From Mobula hypostoma (Eukaryota), in contig NC_086097.1 in assembly GCF_963921235.1 (NCBI RefSeq), positions 33,234,001 to 33,298,000 on the forward strand: a stretch of DNA of 64,000 bases. Direction: 5' to 3'. The position numbers and the translations under genes are program-made. Positions 62,533 through 64,000 of this stretch are shown piece after piece; position 1 is the stretch's first letter; every line of letters starts with the position of its first letter. The notes under the pieces are model-generated. The model made no database searches and was not told where the DNA came from. It saw only the letters and a program-made list of their open reading frames with translations.

Positions 62533-62895
62533 TCTCCCTCTGTCCCTCTGAATATACCTCTTGCCCATCCTCTGGGTCACCCCGTCCCCTCCTTGTCTTT
62601 CTTCCCAGACCTCCTGTCCCATGATCCTCTCGTATCCCCTTTTGCCTATCACCTGTCCAGCTCTCGGCTTTATCCCTCCCCCTCCTGTCTTCTCCTATCA
62701 TTTTGGATCTCCCCCTCCCCCTCCAACTTTCAAATTCCTTACTCACTCTTCCTTCAGTTAGTCCTGACGAAGGGTCTCGGCCTGAAACGTCGACTGCACC
62801 TCTTCCTACAGATGCTGCTTGGCCTGCTGCGTTCACCAGCAACTTTGATGTATGTTGCTTGAATTTCCAGCATCTGCAGAATTCCTGTTGTTTGC
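62533..62895 (+). mobile_element. PLE terminal repeat inserted in a Rex1/Babar remnant
   Basis: CT-rich 3' UTR, hammerhead and full tail. Confidence 0.9.
62760..62795 (+). ncRNA. Minimal type I hammerhead ribozyme, intact
   Basis: Identical 36-mer to 36376-36411. Confidence 0.85.
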
Positions 62896-63656
62896 GAAAA
62901 GAGAATGTGTGGTGTGGGTGGGGTTTATGATTATGCTAACTGCTTTACTGAGGCAGCAAGAAGTTTAGACAGAGTCCCTGGAGGGGAAAGTAGTTTCCAT
63001 GATGTGCGGAGGTGTATCCACTACTCTCTGCAGTTCCTTACGATCATGGGCAGTGTCATGTAAAGTTGCTTCGAGACTTTGTACAAGAATATTTTGCAGC
63101 CTTGTTCAATTTTGGTAATAATTCATACTTTCATTCTGTTTTTCCAAAGTGAATAACCTCACAATTTTCCACATTATACTCCTTGACCCTCTCATCACCT
63201 GTTTGTCTCTGCAAGCTCCCTCAGCCCTCTTGCATGGTTTTCAGCACCATGGGGTGACTACAGAGGTGGATGTTGGGGGAGTTAGTGCTGATATGAAATC
63301 AGAAGTCAGTGCCTTTTGGGAAGGGGGGAAGGAGATTACAAATAGAACCTTTGACAGCTCACTCAGTTCTGACGCTATGTGAGTTGTGTCCAGCTCTTTA
63401 GTCTTGGGAGCTATAAACTTGGTAGTGAGCAGAGAAATGATTATGGTGAAGAACGTGTTTCTTGGTAACAGCAAAGCTGGTGTTAATTAGTCTTGTGAGT
63501 CTTGCGGGCAGCTGTAAGCAGAGGTTTTCCTTCCAACAATCCCCAACTCATTTCTGGTGCAGTGTGTTGAGGACTTTCCTGATTCAGGGAGCTGAGAATG
63601 AATATTTGTTCGAAATTCAAAATAGCTGTTATAGATAGGGTAAAGCAGGCTTTATC

Positions 63657-64000
63657 CATAGTCATAGTCATACTTTATTGATCCCGAGGGAAGTTGGGTT
63701 TTGTTACAGTTGCACCAACCAAGAATAGAGTATAAATATAGCAATATAAAACCATAAATAATTAAATAATAATATGTAATTTATGCCAGATGGAAATAAG
63801 TCCAGGACCAGCCTATTGGCTCGGGGTGTTTGACCCTCCAAGGGAGGAGTTGTAAAGTTTGATGGCCACAGGCAGGAATGACTTCCTATGACACTCAGTG
63901 TTGCATCTCGGTGGAATGAGTCTCTGGCTGAATGTACTCCTGTGCCCAACCAGTACATTATGTAGTGGATGGGAGACATTGTCCAAGATGGCATGCAACT
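63657..64000 (-). mobile_element. Rex1/Babar 3' end, continuing beyond the window
   Basis: AILDNVSHPLH...RCNTECHRKSFLPVAIKLYN; (catagt)n tail. Confidence 0.9.

Overview
Eukaryotic, almost entirely repeat-derived DNA, probably intronic or intergenic. The repeat families look like those of a cartilaginous fish (ray or shark); that assignment is my inference. No intact host gene is evident. The window is a nested mosaic of CR1 LINEs (one near full length with an esterase-type ORF1), Rex1/Babar LINEs, tRNA-derived V-SINE-like SINEs, an RTE fragment, a full-length decayed Tc1, internally deleted hAT and PIF/Harbinger elements, two solo LTRs and a ~62-bp minisatellite. The main signal is Penelope-like elements (PLEs; RT + GIY-YIG) whose termini carry a minimal type I hammerhead ribozyme, AGUC-CUGAyGA-A-GGGU-loop-GCCy-GAAACGUy-GACU. 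More than 15 intact or decayed copies occur on both strands. Many PLE insertions are fold-back structures of 125 bp to 3.4 kb, several with 13-15 bp target-site duplications (TSDs), that place hammerheads on opposite strands. One subfamily has a CUGC (A6C) core, a second PLE family has a long-stem-II hammerhead, and three later insertions land just 3' of a predicted cleavage site. Boundaries without a TSD or TIR are approximate.
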